The notes below the pieces were generated by a model, which was given only the letters and a program-made list of their open reading frames with translations, was not told the origin of the DNA and did not search any database. A DNA stretch of 63,593 nt, the filler included, from Aduncisulcus paluster (lineage: Eukaryota): assembly GCA_024181965.1 (NCBI GenBank). It is 8 parts of 8 records of this genome, joined end to end, with 100 filler letters (N's around TTAATTAATTAA, not from the genome) between each part and the next. Parts side by side here need not be neighbours in the genome. Positions count along the whole stretch, not along the records: positions 13,043 to 35,974 come from BQXS01011277.1; positions 36,075 to 40,224 come from BQXS01011279.1; positions 40,325 to 43,855 come from BQXS01011280.1; positions 43,956 to 50,105 come from BQXS01011282.1; 4 more parts are not named here. The stretch is one strand, 5' to 3'. Made by a program: the position numbers and the translations under genes. Below are positions 35,690 through 49,000 of this stretch, piece after piece (positions within the stretch are counted from its first letter, which is position 1; every line of letters begins with the position of its first letter).

Positions 35690-35974
35690 ATGGATGATTC
35701 GATAGTAACAAATATACGCTCAAAATTTCAAGATTTAAACATTAGCATAAAGAATTCATTCGTTGAAAGTGTGATTGGATATCTTCGTTCATTATCTTTG
35801 GATTCTGTTGGAGATGGTGCAAGTTTTGATTCAAAAAATGCATGGAGTATGTAATATCTATATTTATATTATAAAATCATTGTGGATATATTCTTCCACC
35901 AATCTTTTTGTCATTTTGACTGAATACTTATTCTAGATCACTTATTATTTTTGTTTTATTAGCCCAATTTGCAT
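35690..35974 (+). CDS. 5' fragment of a spliced gene, possibly RMI1-like N-terminus
   Basis: MDDSIVTNIRSKFQDLNISIKNSFVESVIGYL..KNAW, then a GTATGT donor at 35847; the contig ends shortly after. Confidence 0.35.
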
Positions 35975-36074
35975 NNNNNNNNNNNNNNNNNNNNNNNNNN
36001 NNNNNNNNNNNNNNNNNNTTAATTAATTAANNNNNNNNNNNNNNNNNNNNNNNNNNNNNNNNNNNNNNNNNNNN

Positions 36075-39000
36075 CTCCTTCGCAGGCCTGAGTGCTGCGA
36101 CGAACCTTACGACGCTGTATGTGAGCAACACGGACTCTGTGTCCAAACAACTGAGCACCAGTGAGATCGATGATCTTCCCACGAGCCTGGAGACGCTTAC
36201 GCTGAATAACATTGACATTGCGCCGAACACTGATTTCTCGCGTCTGACGTCTCTGCGTGCATTGTACTTGACTGTTGGAGCCGTTTCTTCTGGCGACTAC
36301 TGGGCGACTCAGCTGTCGTCCCTGAGTCCTCTGTTCGACTCTGACAATCACTATGATGTGACTGTGCAAGGCATGTTCCCATCGTCCCTGACCACGCTTT
36401 CCATCTCTGGGCGCACGAACGTCACGTTCCCCGGGTTCTTTTCGAGTCTTGCCCTGTCCGATGGGTCAGCCCTCCCCGCGCTGACGACGTTGGATCTGAG
36501 TGGCACGAGCGTGTATGACTTGTCTCCTGTGCCAGCGACAGTGACGTCATTGAATGTGACACAAGCTCTAATTGATGACTTAGATATGGATATAGATGAA
36601 GATATTACTATGTACTTGTCTCTTCATCCTCGTGATCTGAGTTCAATTCCATCCACTATCACAGAGCTAAGTCTTGGAATGACAACCCTCTATAACCTGG
36701 AATTCCTTGAAAATCTTCCGATTCTTGTTAGTTTAGACTTGAAATATACGGTCATTCTTGATATTTCTAAGATCATTTACGTGAAAGATACCCTCGAATA
36801 TCTAGGTATATATAAATGTGAACTTTTTGCAAGTGTATCTATCTTATCTCAGATGATAAATCTCAAATATTTAGAACTCTCTTATCTAATCTATTACAAT
36901 ACAGAATATCCTGATCTTTCTTCATTAAGTGGTTTGATTCATCTCAATTTGCATTATTTTGAGACCATTGATAATGGTTGGGATGTGTCTTGGATATCAT
37001 CGCTTAATGATTTGAAAATACTTGATATTGGATATTCTGATATCTTATCTTCCCAATTAACCTTCCCTTGTAATATTCAAGAACTCATTTTAACCGATCA
37101 GGACAATTTTGAAATAGATTCAATTTGTTTAGACAATATTACTGTTCTTGGATTGAGAAATACATCTATCTCTGACCTTTCATTTCTTAATTCTCCATCT
37201 TTGGAGGTTCTTGATGTTTCTAGTATGTATATCTATGTGTTGCCCCAATTTAACCTGCTACCGAACCTCAAAGAACTTGAAGTTACTGCCAACAAAATTA
37301 GAGATGACAATTTTGAATCATTTTTTGATCTACCTTCTCTTGAAGTATTTAAAGCTGGAAGTTTCTCGAGTGATGTAGATATCTTTTCAATTTTATCAAC
37401 CATGACAAATTTGGAAGTTTTAGAAATTTCTGGTTATTCGGATTCATCATTTCCGGAACTTCCATTCTTGTCATCCCTATACATTTATAATTATGGATCT
37501 TCTACCGTAGAACTATCTAGATTACCAAAATTACGTGTGTTGGAAACACAAGATTCTTCCATATTTTCAAATAATGCTCAGTCCCTTTCTCTTGAAAATT
37601 TAATTATCCAAAAAGTACAAGATATATCACAGTTCTCTTATTTTATTTCAACCCTTCCTCATTTAAAAGAACTTTCAATCTTGAATTTTGTTGAAAGTGA
37701 TTCCACTGGTATTGATTTTTCAATGACAGAAATGAAATATTTAAAGGTAGTTGGTACATGGACAGATATGTCAACAACATCTCTTCCTTCAACGATTCGC
37801 TACCTCGATTTTGAGGATATTAGTCTTTCTTCAGTACCTGATATGTCAGAGTTATTGGATTTAGTTTCTATAAATGTCTCTAACAATCCCCTTGAAAATG
37901 TTTCATTTTTAACTGATATTTCGAGATCAAACCTTAGAAATCTTGATATTTCTTCTTGTAACTTGAATGATATTTCCGATTTCCAATCATTAAATTCTCT
38001 CGAATTCTTGATTTTAAATGATAATAGCATTTCTGATATCTCTATATTAAATTCATTCACAAATCTCAGCGGATTGAATTTAAAGAATAATAATCTTGAA
38101 GATATTTCACCATTAAGTTCAAATTATAATTTAGAATCTCTGATTTTTTATGGAAATGAAATTTCTGATGCCTCGAGTTTATCTTCATTGGTCAATCTAC
38201 GATTTATTGATCTTGGTTCGAATCCTCTTGTTAATATTTCTGGGTTTAGTTCACTTGAGAATCTCAAAGGGCTTCATATTGGCTCAACGAAAAATTGCTC
38301 ATTACCTGAGATTTTTGAGCAAGATCTTCCACCATCTCTATTTTTATTAATTATTTGGCATTGCGGAGTTTCAGATATTTCTGGAATTGAAATGTTGGAA
38401 AATCTGTTCTTTTTAAGCATATCATCAAGTCCTATTCAAGATTACTCACCATTATCATCGTTATCAAGACTGTTTTATTTGAATTTATCATACAACAATA
38501 TCGTGGATATTCCAACATTAACTAATTTAAAGAACATCCACTTCGTTACACTTAGTAATAATATTATTAGTGATATTTCCCCCTTATCATCAATTTCAAG
38601 TTTAATGTATATTGATATATCAGATAATCAAATCGAGAATCTACAATTCCAAGGAGAATTCCAAAATGTTGCCTATTTTAATCTGAGTAACAATAGAATT
38701 AGTGACATTTCACCACTATTTCCACTTCCTATTTTAACATATTTAGAATTAAACTCAAACATGATATGTTTCGGTAATGAAGGATATAGAGATTTCTATG
38801 TCTATTTTACATCAGAAAATATCTACATTAGTATCCAGGAAGATCCAATTTGTAACTGCACTTCTCTAGACCCTGACTCTGACAGCACGATTGCAGCCAT
38901 CTCTGAGGGTTTCGTGTGCTCTGAGACTGCTCCTTCCTCCGACACCTGGAATGTGACCTGCATGAGCGACTCATATTACACGTACTCTGATTCGGACACA

Positions 39001-40224
39001 TTCACATGCACACGTTCTGCCGACTGTTCTGGTGGGTGTGAGTATGGCTCCGAATGCCGTGTGAACTCCGATGGCACTCATGGGTGTTCTAGTGTTGTGC
39101 CTGATGTGGGCTTGCATGGCTGTGTGTCCGACCTGATCGATGCTGCTGACAAGGTTTCTGTTGGCGATGGGACGTATGAGTTTGGAGTTTCCTCCTTGAA
39201 GAGCATCCCTGCATCCTCGTCTCTGACATGTTCATCGAGCAGTGTTTCCTCTCTTGTTGGTCTGGAGCATGTTGATTCTCTGTCGACTGTTGACCTCAGC
39301 TCGAATAGTATCGTTGATATCTCCCCATTGGCAATGTCATCTGGATTATCATCTGCTAACCTTAGTTCGAATTCTATCGTTGACATCTTTACACTTTCAA
39401 TATTATCAAAGTTGACAACTGTTGATCTCAGCTCGAATAGTATTGTTGATATCTCTCTAATTGTGACACTCCCTTCATTAACGAGCATCGATGTCCATTC
39501 CAACCAGATCTCTGATGTGTCCGTTCTGATCAATGAGAACGAAACGACACTCTTGCCCACCGATGTGTTGGAGTACCTCGATATCAGTGACAATCTGATC
39601 TGTGACATTGCTGATGTGAACACCGTCCTGTCTTCATACTTCACGAACTCATCCTTCTCCCTCGTGTCCACTGAGTCCGAGCAAACGTGCATGTGTTCCC
39701 CAGTGCCTGATTTCAGTGAGTATGAGATATGTTCCAAGACTTCATCTGATGCTTGGGAGTCTGAATGTTGGGATGGATATATAATGAATGAATTCTCAGA
39801 GTCATGTATTATCTTTGAAATACCAGATGCCAACCTTCGAAACGACATCTGCCTTGCCCTTGATCATGCAGCCTATTGTGATGACTTGACTGTAGACGAC
39901 CTCCAACACCTGACCTCGTTGAACACGTACTTTGTTGACTCCTTCGCAGGCCTGAGTGCTGCGACGAACCTTACGACGCTGTATGTGAGCAACACGGACT
40001 CTGTGTCCAAACAACTGAGCACCAGTGACATCGATGATCTTCCCACGAGCCTGGAGACGCTTACGCTGAATAACATTGACATTGCGCCGAACACTGATTT
40101 CTCGCGTCTGACGTCTCTGCGTGCATTGTACTTGACTGTTGGAGCCGTTTCTTCTGGCGACTACTGGGCGACTCAGCTGTCGTCCCTGAGTCCTCTGTTC
40201 GACTCTGACAATCACTATGATGTG
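36075..40224 (+). CDS. Internal fragment of a giant internalin-like leucine-rich-repeat protein with Cys-rich modules
   Basis: Frame open across the whole contig; LxxLxLxxNxIxDISPL repeats; cap motifs IPDANLRNDIC and VPDVGLHGCV; EGF-like Cys clusters. Confidence 0.9.
39939..40224. repeat. Direct repeat of contig start 36075-36360 (period 3864 bp)
   Basis: Near-identical; one difference seen (GAG vs GAC, SEIDD vs SDIDD). Confidence 0.9.
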
Positions 40225-40324
40225 NNNNNNNNNNNNNNNNNNNNNNNNNNNNNNNNNNNNNNNNNNNNTTAATTAATTAANNNNNNNNNNNNNNNNNNNN
40301 NNNNNNNNNNNNNNNNNNNNNNNN

Positions 40325-40888
40325 GTCTCCATCTGTTTTATTTTCAATAAATTTGATTGCTTTAAAAAAGTTTTCGACAAGCTCGGAAAGAGATGGATTC
40401 TCGGATCCATCAAGAGCAGCTTCACAGCGAATCTTAAAATCTGGGTTTTTTATCCCATCAAGGAAATACTTCTTTAGCAAGGAGTCAGAAGGTTTTTCCT
40501 CATCAGAAACGCGGCGTAACGTCTTCCTAAAAGCCTTCACATACTTGGCTACATCCTTTTCGGACACAAACTTCAGCTCAAGTTTGTCGAATCGATATAA
40601 TGCGTCCAAACCAGATAACGAACCGAAATGAGACTCAACTTTCTTCAGAAAAGTTTCTTCTTGGGCGGCAATTTCCTTCTCTTCCGCTTCATCAGGGTCA
40701 GAAGGGGGCACGGTTAATACGGCACCAGAAACATCGCAATACAATGGTAAAGTATCGAGATCAATAAGAGTAAACAATCTGGCACGACCATTACGAGCAC
40801 GATATTGCTCAAACTGACCAACAAAGTTGGCGAAATAGCGACTACCATAACGGTCTAAAAACGGGGGTTTAAAATCTTTGAGATCCAT
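40325..40888 (-). mobile_element. Gag-like ORF of a putative LTR retrotransposon (3' truncated)
   Basis: MDLKDFKPPFL..FANFVGQFEQY..VAKYVKAF..KKYFLDGI resembles a retrotransposon capsid; ATG is 23 nt downstream of a TG..CA element. Confidence 0.55.
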
Positions 40889-40911
40889 AATAACGCGTAT
40901 TTTGATCAAAA

Positions 40912-41007
40912 TGTAACGGATATAGATTTAAAAACTTATAACCTAAGCAAGTTTATTAGAAATATTAACATCCAATGGTTCTATAAATAGAACTGAGAAC
41001 CATTACA
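40912..41007 (-). mobile_element. Putative 96-bp 5' LTR
   Basis: TGTAATGG...CCGTTACA (7/8 inverted termini), internal TATTTATA and AATAAA; the transposase frame breaks at its edge. Confidence 0.6.
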
Positions 41008-43337
41008 GTGGCATTTATGCTGATTCCTTATATACCTGTACAGTCTATAAATTGAGGAATTGATTCTTTCTCCTGCCTCGGCAGAATAATTATATAGAGG
41101 TCCTCCGTCACGGACCCATTCCTTAATATGGCTAAGAAGATGGGTTTTAATCTTCCTTATTGGAGTAGATGAACTGAATATCTCAGCTTTGACACATAAT
41201 GGAGACAAAACCTGGAGAAATCGGTTATGATGTTCAATCAGAGCATCACATTCGGCATCTGTTGCAGCATGTTGTGCATCATACCCAAACTGATTAAGGA
41301 TTGCTGTCATCAAAACGATATGACAATATCGGATGTTTATAACATCATCGAGTGAAGTAACCCTCAGCGAAGAGGATGAAAGGACAATCCTTTCCCGAAT
41401 TTCCTCCGTATCAGCAAACATATCATCCTCATCGTATAAATAAGAGAATGAGTGGCTCCTCTGTGGAGGAGAGCGCTCCAGTTCATATATGCATATTGAG
41501 GCATAGTGTTGTAAGTACTTACTATCATTTCCATCACGAAGTCCACATCCCAATTGAGCCCAAGCAATTCCATTCGAGCATTAAAGGTTTCTTTCTGAGA
41601 AGTTGATAGTATTCTATCCAGTAACTTAGACATGTCATTGGTTAGACCAATATGCAATATATGAAGGATATCCCCTGCATGGTTTCTGAATGGGTCTTTA
41701 ATTATAAGTGCATCTTCAGAATACAGCGAATGATAAAATAATGGGACACTATCAGTTTGTGGATTCAATAACACACCGCTTATTCTAAAGAGGAATCCTA
41801 AAAGTATAATTTTTCTTCTTGAAGGAAAAAGGGTAACAGATACTCCCGTCTGAAGTTTTTTAATGTCCTGTATAAAGGTATTGAGAACAGAGATAGTGGA
41901 GATTAATGAGTTCTTTTCCGATACTAAACAAACATTCTGCCATGGATGGCTTCTTTGTCGAATATTAGCGGGAATATTTGCAAGAGAGATAACAAAAGAA
42001 AGAGCAGATCGTCCAAGCCTCGCCGTCGCCACACCGTCAACAAAGGCAATAATGGGGCATATTATAATGGGTGGGAGAGATGATGCTTCACAATAGTCTA
42101 AATATTCATCTATATCTCTAAAGGATGGGAAGCTTTGGAGCATCGTTTCGGTTATCCCAATTCTTGTTCTGATTATACTTAATGCATCTTTGTATATCGC
42201 AAAAGAAGTTGGTTCTGTGCTCTCTTCAAGTCTTTGAAAAGGTGATATATGAGATAATTCGGTAAAGTAATCTGTAATTAATCTTGGAATGGGGAATTGA
42301 TGCAAGGTATACCATCGGTATTTCATAATACAGGAAAGCGATCCACCTCTGATCTTGGGAATGGATATTTTATCCTCTATATGGCGGAATATGGGATCCA
42401 CCAATCGTTTAATCTCTGCCTTAAGTCGCTTAATTGATGGTAATCCCGTTTCAATACCAGATTTTCGAAGAGATTGATATATTTCAGTATATAATGTTTC
42501 GGGTATCTCTCGTCTAATCACCTTCCTGATCAGTAATTTGACAAAATCGGACTTTTCATTAAATAGGTGCTTGTGTATATCGAAATACGTAGCTTCAGTC
42601 AATTCTGGAAAAGTAAACTCGAATGGACTATCAAATAAGGGTTCTTGATGTTCTTGAGTCTGTAAAGGGGCATGCAATGCATCAATTAGCGATCGATCAC
42701 TCATGTTATACTCGGACATTTGCGTCGGCAAAGGATCATGCAGTGTATCAGGAATGGAGCTTTCACTAATATCATGGCCTGACGAGTCTTGTGTTATTGT
42801 TTCATCTACACTCAAGATAGTGTCACTATTAGATGACGGAACATCAGCATTATAGCCAAAATCATCTTCAAGTGCGACATAGAAGTCTTCATCATCATCA
42901 GTAGACATAGTTTCATTTATAATGGTGTGGGTATCAGTTTCGATAAGAATCCTTATATCATCATATGATACTGTCGGATATAAATCCATATCAATGTATA
43001 TCATGGCTTCAAATGGGGAAAGAAAGGTAAACACTCTCATTTTTTGGTCTTCAAAATATAACGTTTCTTTGGGGTCTCTGCATGTACAAATGAAATCTTT
43101 TAGTTTCCAGAATCGTCGGTGTCGCCTTTTTTGATGATGTCCGAGCTGTTTTCTGCATGATTGGCAAATAAATTGGATTTTTTTGATTCTGAGTGTTTCT
43201 GTATCATAGTTATCAATAATATCAAATCTTTGAGTTGGTTTTAGGATTCCATGATCATAGATCAATTGTTTTACCATGATTAATTCTATTTCACAAGGAA
43301 AATCGGTTTCAAATTTATAAAATGGATATTTATTCAA
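41008..43337 (-). pseudogene. Degenerate CACTA/EnSpm-Plavaka-like DDE transposase
   Basis: CPIIAFVDG, ISLANIPANIRQ, GDILHILHIG, then after a frameshift near 41555 KTHLLSHIKEWVRDGGPLYNYSAEAGER. No ATG start; the second Asp/CxxC region appears deleted. Confidence 0.75.
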
Positions 43338-43955
43338 TTATGTCATAATCTCTGAACATTTCAGGATGTTCATCTGGCAATGAAGAATTTCTGACAAATT
43401 CTTTCCACTCATCAATGCTCTTATAGTGTTCAACACCATAGTATAGTATATAAACGTTTATTTAAGAAAAACTCCGCGGAGAAAAGAAAAGAGAAAACGG
43501 CCATTAGATCCCGAAGGAGCATTAGCAAATTTAGTGCATCTCGCACACAAAGTATGGAACACCAGAGCTGAGGGATGTTAGAGGTGCTAGTCGTACTGGT
43601 CAGCACGTCTCCCCGGAGGGTACGTAGTCTGTTTCCAGCAGTCACACCAGGTCTAGCCCCTCACTGCTCAGTGGCAGTATAAGGCTATGTCAGCCTGAGC
43701 ACCAATCGGTGAGTCAAGACTGGCTTCCTTGTTTATAGTAGGGCTAATAAGCCCCAATTTTCATGTGTCTCCTTCACTGAGAGAGCATAAGCGGCACCAT
43801 AGTGGTGAGCACCAGGGCTTTTCAGGGACAGGAGGAATATGTGTTGATGGAGAGGNNNNNNNNNNNNNNNNNNNNNNNNNNNNNNNNNNNNNNNNNNNNT
43901 TAATTAATTAANNNNNNNNNNNNNNNNNNNNNNNNNNNNNNNNNNNNNNNNNNNN

Positions 43956-44883
43956 AGTGATTCATTGGGAAGGGATTCACGGTACAACTCGCATGTTTCT
44001 TACAACTCCCAGCATGAGGTGAGAACTGAGACTGATCGAGAGTCGGGGGAAACATTCCTCCAATGTCAGAAGGGAGAGAGGGTAAGCCTGTGGGAAGCAG
44101 AAAAGGTGATTCGCCTTGAACAGAGGATAATGGAGGATGAGCGGCCGATGAGGGCTGGAAGATGGCAGGAACTGAGTCTTCAGGTAACATTCTGGATGGG
44201 TTCAGTTGGAAACCTGCCATATGGGGCAAATCGTGAGACATTGGAAAGGTTACATCGCCCCCATGGTATGTTGGATATTCGATTGGACTCCTAAATGAAT
44301 TAGATTCATATTTCCCTGAACTGGAAGCAGATGATGAACCATGACTAACGTCCACTGAATCCAAAACTCTCCTTTTCTCTGGAATGGATGTGAATGAATG
44401 GCTGGGTTGAGATGAGGCAGAAAAGGGAGGAGTGGATGAAGGAGATAGAGATTCGGGGGAAGTGTGCGAAGATGAGGAAGAACCAAGTTTGAGAGAGGCC
44501 AACTCTTCATCAATAAGATTTTGGGCAACACCAACCTGCTTTAAAAACTTCTGAACTTCTGTTCTGAGGAGACTGCCATATTTTTCTTCAATCTCGGAAA
44601 TTCCAACATGCTCAAGTTGATCAATATTTGCGGCTTCGAGTGCCTCTCGTGTCACAAGACTACTATTGGTGGATGAATATAATGAATTGACAAAAGCAGC
44701 TAGCACAGAATACTTTTTTTGGATCAGAGAGAACTGCTTCTTCTCAAGATCAGAACGAAGTTTTTGAAGTTCACGAGACTTTTGTTTATAAACTCTTCCC
44801 TTAATATTTGAGAACTTTTTTGACAATTTTGTCTGTTCTGCAGCAGAAAACCCAGAGAATAGATGATTCACTCTTTTCTTCAT
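43956..44883 (-). CDS. Hypothetical protein with a basic/coiled (bZIP-like) N-terminus and Ser/Pro-rich tail, 3' truncated
   Basis: SNIKGRVYKQKSRELQKLRSDLEK; possible upstream exon from ATG 45043 ending at a GTAATT donor. Confidence 0.5.
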
Positions 44884-45299
44884 TAATTAATGGAATATGT
44901 ATGTTTAATGTTGAATTTTATCAATAATCAGAAGAAAATAAATATAAAAAGAAAGGAATTACTTCTAAATTGTTATCAAAAGGGGATGATCTTCGTATTG
45001 TTTTCAGCCCTGACGGCAGTATGACGTCAAAGGATGAAATCATCAACTTTCAGATCAATGAAAGGGAATTCAAGGGAGAAAAATTCCATGGAATTTTAAT
45101 TTAAATTGTCGTTATTCTTTAATACAATTATATTGGCCTGAAAACTCCACGAAATAACTAGATGACTCAGAAAAATCTAAATAGATCAGTAACCAATTTA
45201 AAACGCATCAATCAATAATAATTATTACAAACATTCATATTTACTGATTATATCTCCGCCATCCACCACCAAAAGGATAAAAGTTATTAATTAACATTG

Positions 45300-45641
45300 T
45301 TAATGAGCTGCACTGATCCTAACACGGCTGGCAACTGATGTAATCGTCCGAAGCCAGATGTCGGTCTGTTTTTCGTTGTCTCCAACAAGGACATATACTC
45401 TTTTAGGACACACAATTTCAACGGCGATAGAACTCCCGGGGAGCTCAGATTGAGTTGCTTTCCTAACTGTTAGGGAGTCGGAAAGATCGATTATTCCCTT
45501 TGGTTTGGGAGAATCTTCGGCTAATGAATAATACAAACGACCAGATGAATATAAAACAAAGAATCTCTTCTTCCATGTCTTAATTCTTCCTCCTTGTTTA
45601 ACCATCCATCCTTTCTTTACAATCAATGAACCCCTCTCCAT
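45300..45641 (-). CDS. Stand-alone PH-domain protein
   Basis: KKGWMVKQGGRIKTWKKRFFVL..PKGIIDL..RVYVL..W; phosphoinositide-binding KxnKxR motif. Confidence 0.92.
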   Translation of the reverse strand: MERGSLIVKKGWMVKQGGRIKTWKKRFFVLYSSGRLYYSLAEDSPKPKGIIDLSDSLTVRKATQSELPGSSIAVEIVCPKRVYVLVGDNEKQTDIWLRTITSVASRVRISAAH

Positions 45642-46002
45642 TTCTGTTGTCGGAAAACACTACGTGAGCTTCGAACAAGAAATAGATATGGAAGATGTAA
45701 AAATAATCGAATATTTTGCGAGTAAAAAAGGTTTTTATTAATATTTTGAATTAATGCTTGAAACAATTTCCTTCATTTTGCTTGAATAAAATAGATTTTT
45801 CCACATTTTGATGTGGGATATTTTGACAGATATGTCTATCAATGATACCAAGTGTAGGATACTAAAGTTTATCTTTGTTTATTTATTTGTCGATAGTGCA
45901 GCATTAATAGAAAATAGGAATTTTTTGGAATATTGGGCCCGATCATAGAAGTATGATTGTTTCTCATATGAATTTAGAATTTAAATAGCAAGAAATAGAA
46001 AT

Positions 46003-49000
46003 TTATTCGTTAGATATTCTTTCAATTTGGGATTTAAGGATGGAACTGGTCGACGATAATTGAGAAATAATATCATCGCAAACATCGCGAATATAAGCAT
46101 CTATCTTATGTTCCTGAGCATCCCACCCAGTTCTTGTCTCTATTTGCTTCTTTGCCCTTTCAACGACAAAAACAACAACATCAGCTCCACGATCACTTTC
46201 TAACACCTCGACAATCCTTGTGGATTTGCAAACGGCCTGTAATATTTTGGTTGCTGGTAATGCAGTATTCGAGTTTGAGGAAATTTCAAGGAATACTGAA
46301 CAAAGTAAAACGTCAGGTTGTGACAAAAAGTGGGTTCGACCATTTGTTGTCGATACCAGCCTTGATAGAAGATGTAGTGACGATGATCTAGCCGTAATAA
46401 CCTCTTCTTTCTCCCTGAGGACAGATTTAATCATGATTGGACTCATACACTCATTCCCACTGATGCATGCGAATGAAGAAGAGAGAAGAGATATCCCGGC
46501 AAGAAGACCTCCCATGGATACGACAAGATCGCTTGAAGAAGCATGAGAAGAGGCAGATACAAGGCCTGTAGTCATAGAGAAGTGTGCAAGAGCATGGGAG
46601 AGAAGAGAAGGAGGGAGAAATGGCAATGGGAAGAAATTGGAGAGTTTATGAGTGACGACGGTCAGGTTGGACATGCAAGACACACAGGCACCAACAAGAC
46701 GGGTGAGTTTTTTGCGGTGAAGTTCAATATTACTGGGTGTCTCAACAGAGGTATGACCAGGCGTGGTTCCAGAGGAAAGTTGATCCTTTTGACTTTGATC
46801 CGAAGAGAGTGGAACAGAGCCCAGAGATTGTAGGAATAGTGGATTTGTGTCAAGGGAGTGTGACATTGAGTAGATAGGATACACCGCAAGTAGACACAAT
46901 GCTAGGAAAGGTGAAAATGACCGTGTTATCTTCTTTGCGGCAGAAGAGGCGAATTCACTTTCAAACCCAAGTTGAAGCTTCACAGTGTCCCCAGTGACTT
47001 TCATATTGGAGATAACTCTATCAATGTGCGTGTTATACTGCACAAATGTGAAGATGAGTTTGCTGAGAGAGACAGATAAGTCTCCACACACATATGAACA
47101 GCGAGAGAGGGAGGCCAACAATGGAGGAGAACGAGATAGGATGGAAAGGACATAGAGAATGTATTGAACTGCTCGATTGATTGGAATGGTACCTATATCA
47201 TCGTCAGGTTCAATAAAAACTGCACCCTGATCGTGTTCTTTGTCTTGGGATGATGAGTGTTTCTTCTCTGCAGCTTCACGAAGTTCCTGTGCTTTGTTAA
47301 GTTCTTTGATCCAATCCCCAATCACGGTGATCACAACGAAAGAAAAGGTGTGAACCAATGGAGTGTGACATAGTAAAGTCTCGAGGGAGGATGAATAACT
47401 CTTGGGAAGGGGAATGATAAGGGATGGAGTCATTAGGGGGAAAGAGGTTTTATGTTTAAGGGANNNNNNNNNNNNNNNNNNNNTCCTGTGCTTTGTTAAG
47501 TTCTTTGATCCAATCCCCAATCACGGTGATCACAACGAAAGAAAAGGTGTGAACCAATGGAGTGTGACATAGTAAAGTCTCGAGGGAGGATGAATAACTC
47601 TTGGGAAGGGGAATGATAAGGGATGGAGTCATTAGGGGGAAAGAGGTTTTATGTTTAAGGGATGAGAAACTTGATCCCATGCTAGTCAATTCCAGAGCAT
47701 CATTCTCAATGGAGACAGACAAATTATCATCTTGAACAGGAAGTTGATCTGGACTCCTAGGAGAAGCCGAGTCAATCCGTTTGGCTTGTTTAACGGAGCT
47801 AGAGTTGTTCAAGCAAGATGACATGACACAGAGTAACATTCGAAAGAGCTCGCCAACTTCTTCTGTCGTTCCTTGAACACACTCGACCCAGGATCTGTGA
47901 AGTACTCCCGCAAAGAATGCAGAGAAGATGGGAATAGGGAGAGTCGAAGTCGTTGAAAGAGAGGCCAACAAACGAAGGGCATACTTTACACGAGATCTTT
48001 CAACCGGATCCATCACGGAGACATGCCCTGGTCTGGATTTGTTGGCTTTTACAAGGTAAGATGGAGATGGAACAGCACGATGTTCAATACAATGTCTTGC
48101 AACAAGGCCATTTTTACCGACATCCATGAGTAATGTGCGATATTCATGATTTGTATTAATTGGGGTGTAAAGAGAAAGATTACATAGAACACGAAGACAC
48201 AAAACAAACAATTCACAACGACAGAGTGGAAGTTGGAGTATATCCTTGTCTGACGACAGTGGTCCTGGAGTGGCCTGTTCAGATTTCTTATATTTCTTCT
48301 TCATATCTTCCCTCTGTTTTAGGCTCTGACAATCGGTGTACGCATGGTTACAGATTGTTCTCACTCCATCAAGCCTGGCAATCTCATCCTTACATTTCTT
48401 TGGAACTGAAAGATTCACGAGAGCCGTTAATGAATGTTTTGTGATAGAAAATAGCATAGATGGGAATGAATTAGGTCTTGAGTGAGTTCCAACAACTCCA
48501 CCAACGGTCAAGGCTGATGCTGGCTTGGAAAGAGAAGAATCGCCCCCTTGCTTCATTGTTTCTTCTTCTGACTCCGATTTAATACTGGACATGTTGTGTG
48601 ACTCCTCTAATATCCATAAACATACTTGAATAGCTCCATTGAAACCAATTTGAGCACGTTTCTTGACATGATTCAATAAGAGAGCTGATACAAAGACAGA
48701 AACTCCTTCAAGAAGAATGACACGAGGGTCCATTCTCTTACTGCATACGAATACATCCACGTGTCCGAGTGGAGACTGTTTCTGAATTGATGGAATGATC
48801 GAATGGAACTGTTCAATAATGGAATTGAGATTATCAAACTTGCAACATGCCACAGATGTGCTGATAGCCTTCAAGATCCATCCACACACAGACAGAACAC
48901 ACGACATTGCTCTCGAATTCATAGGAGAGGGTTCGGAATGATTGGCAATCTGATCATCACCTTCTCTTTTGAGTTGTCCTGAAGGAATGGATGAAGAATA

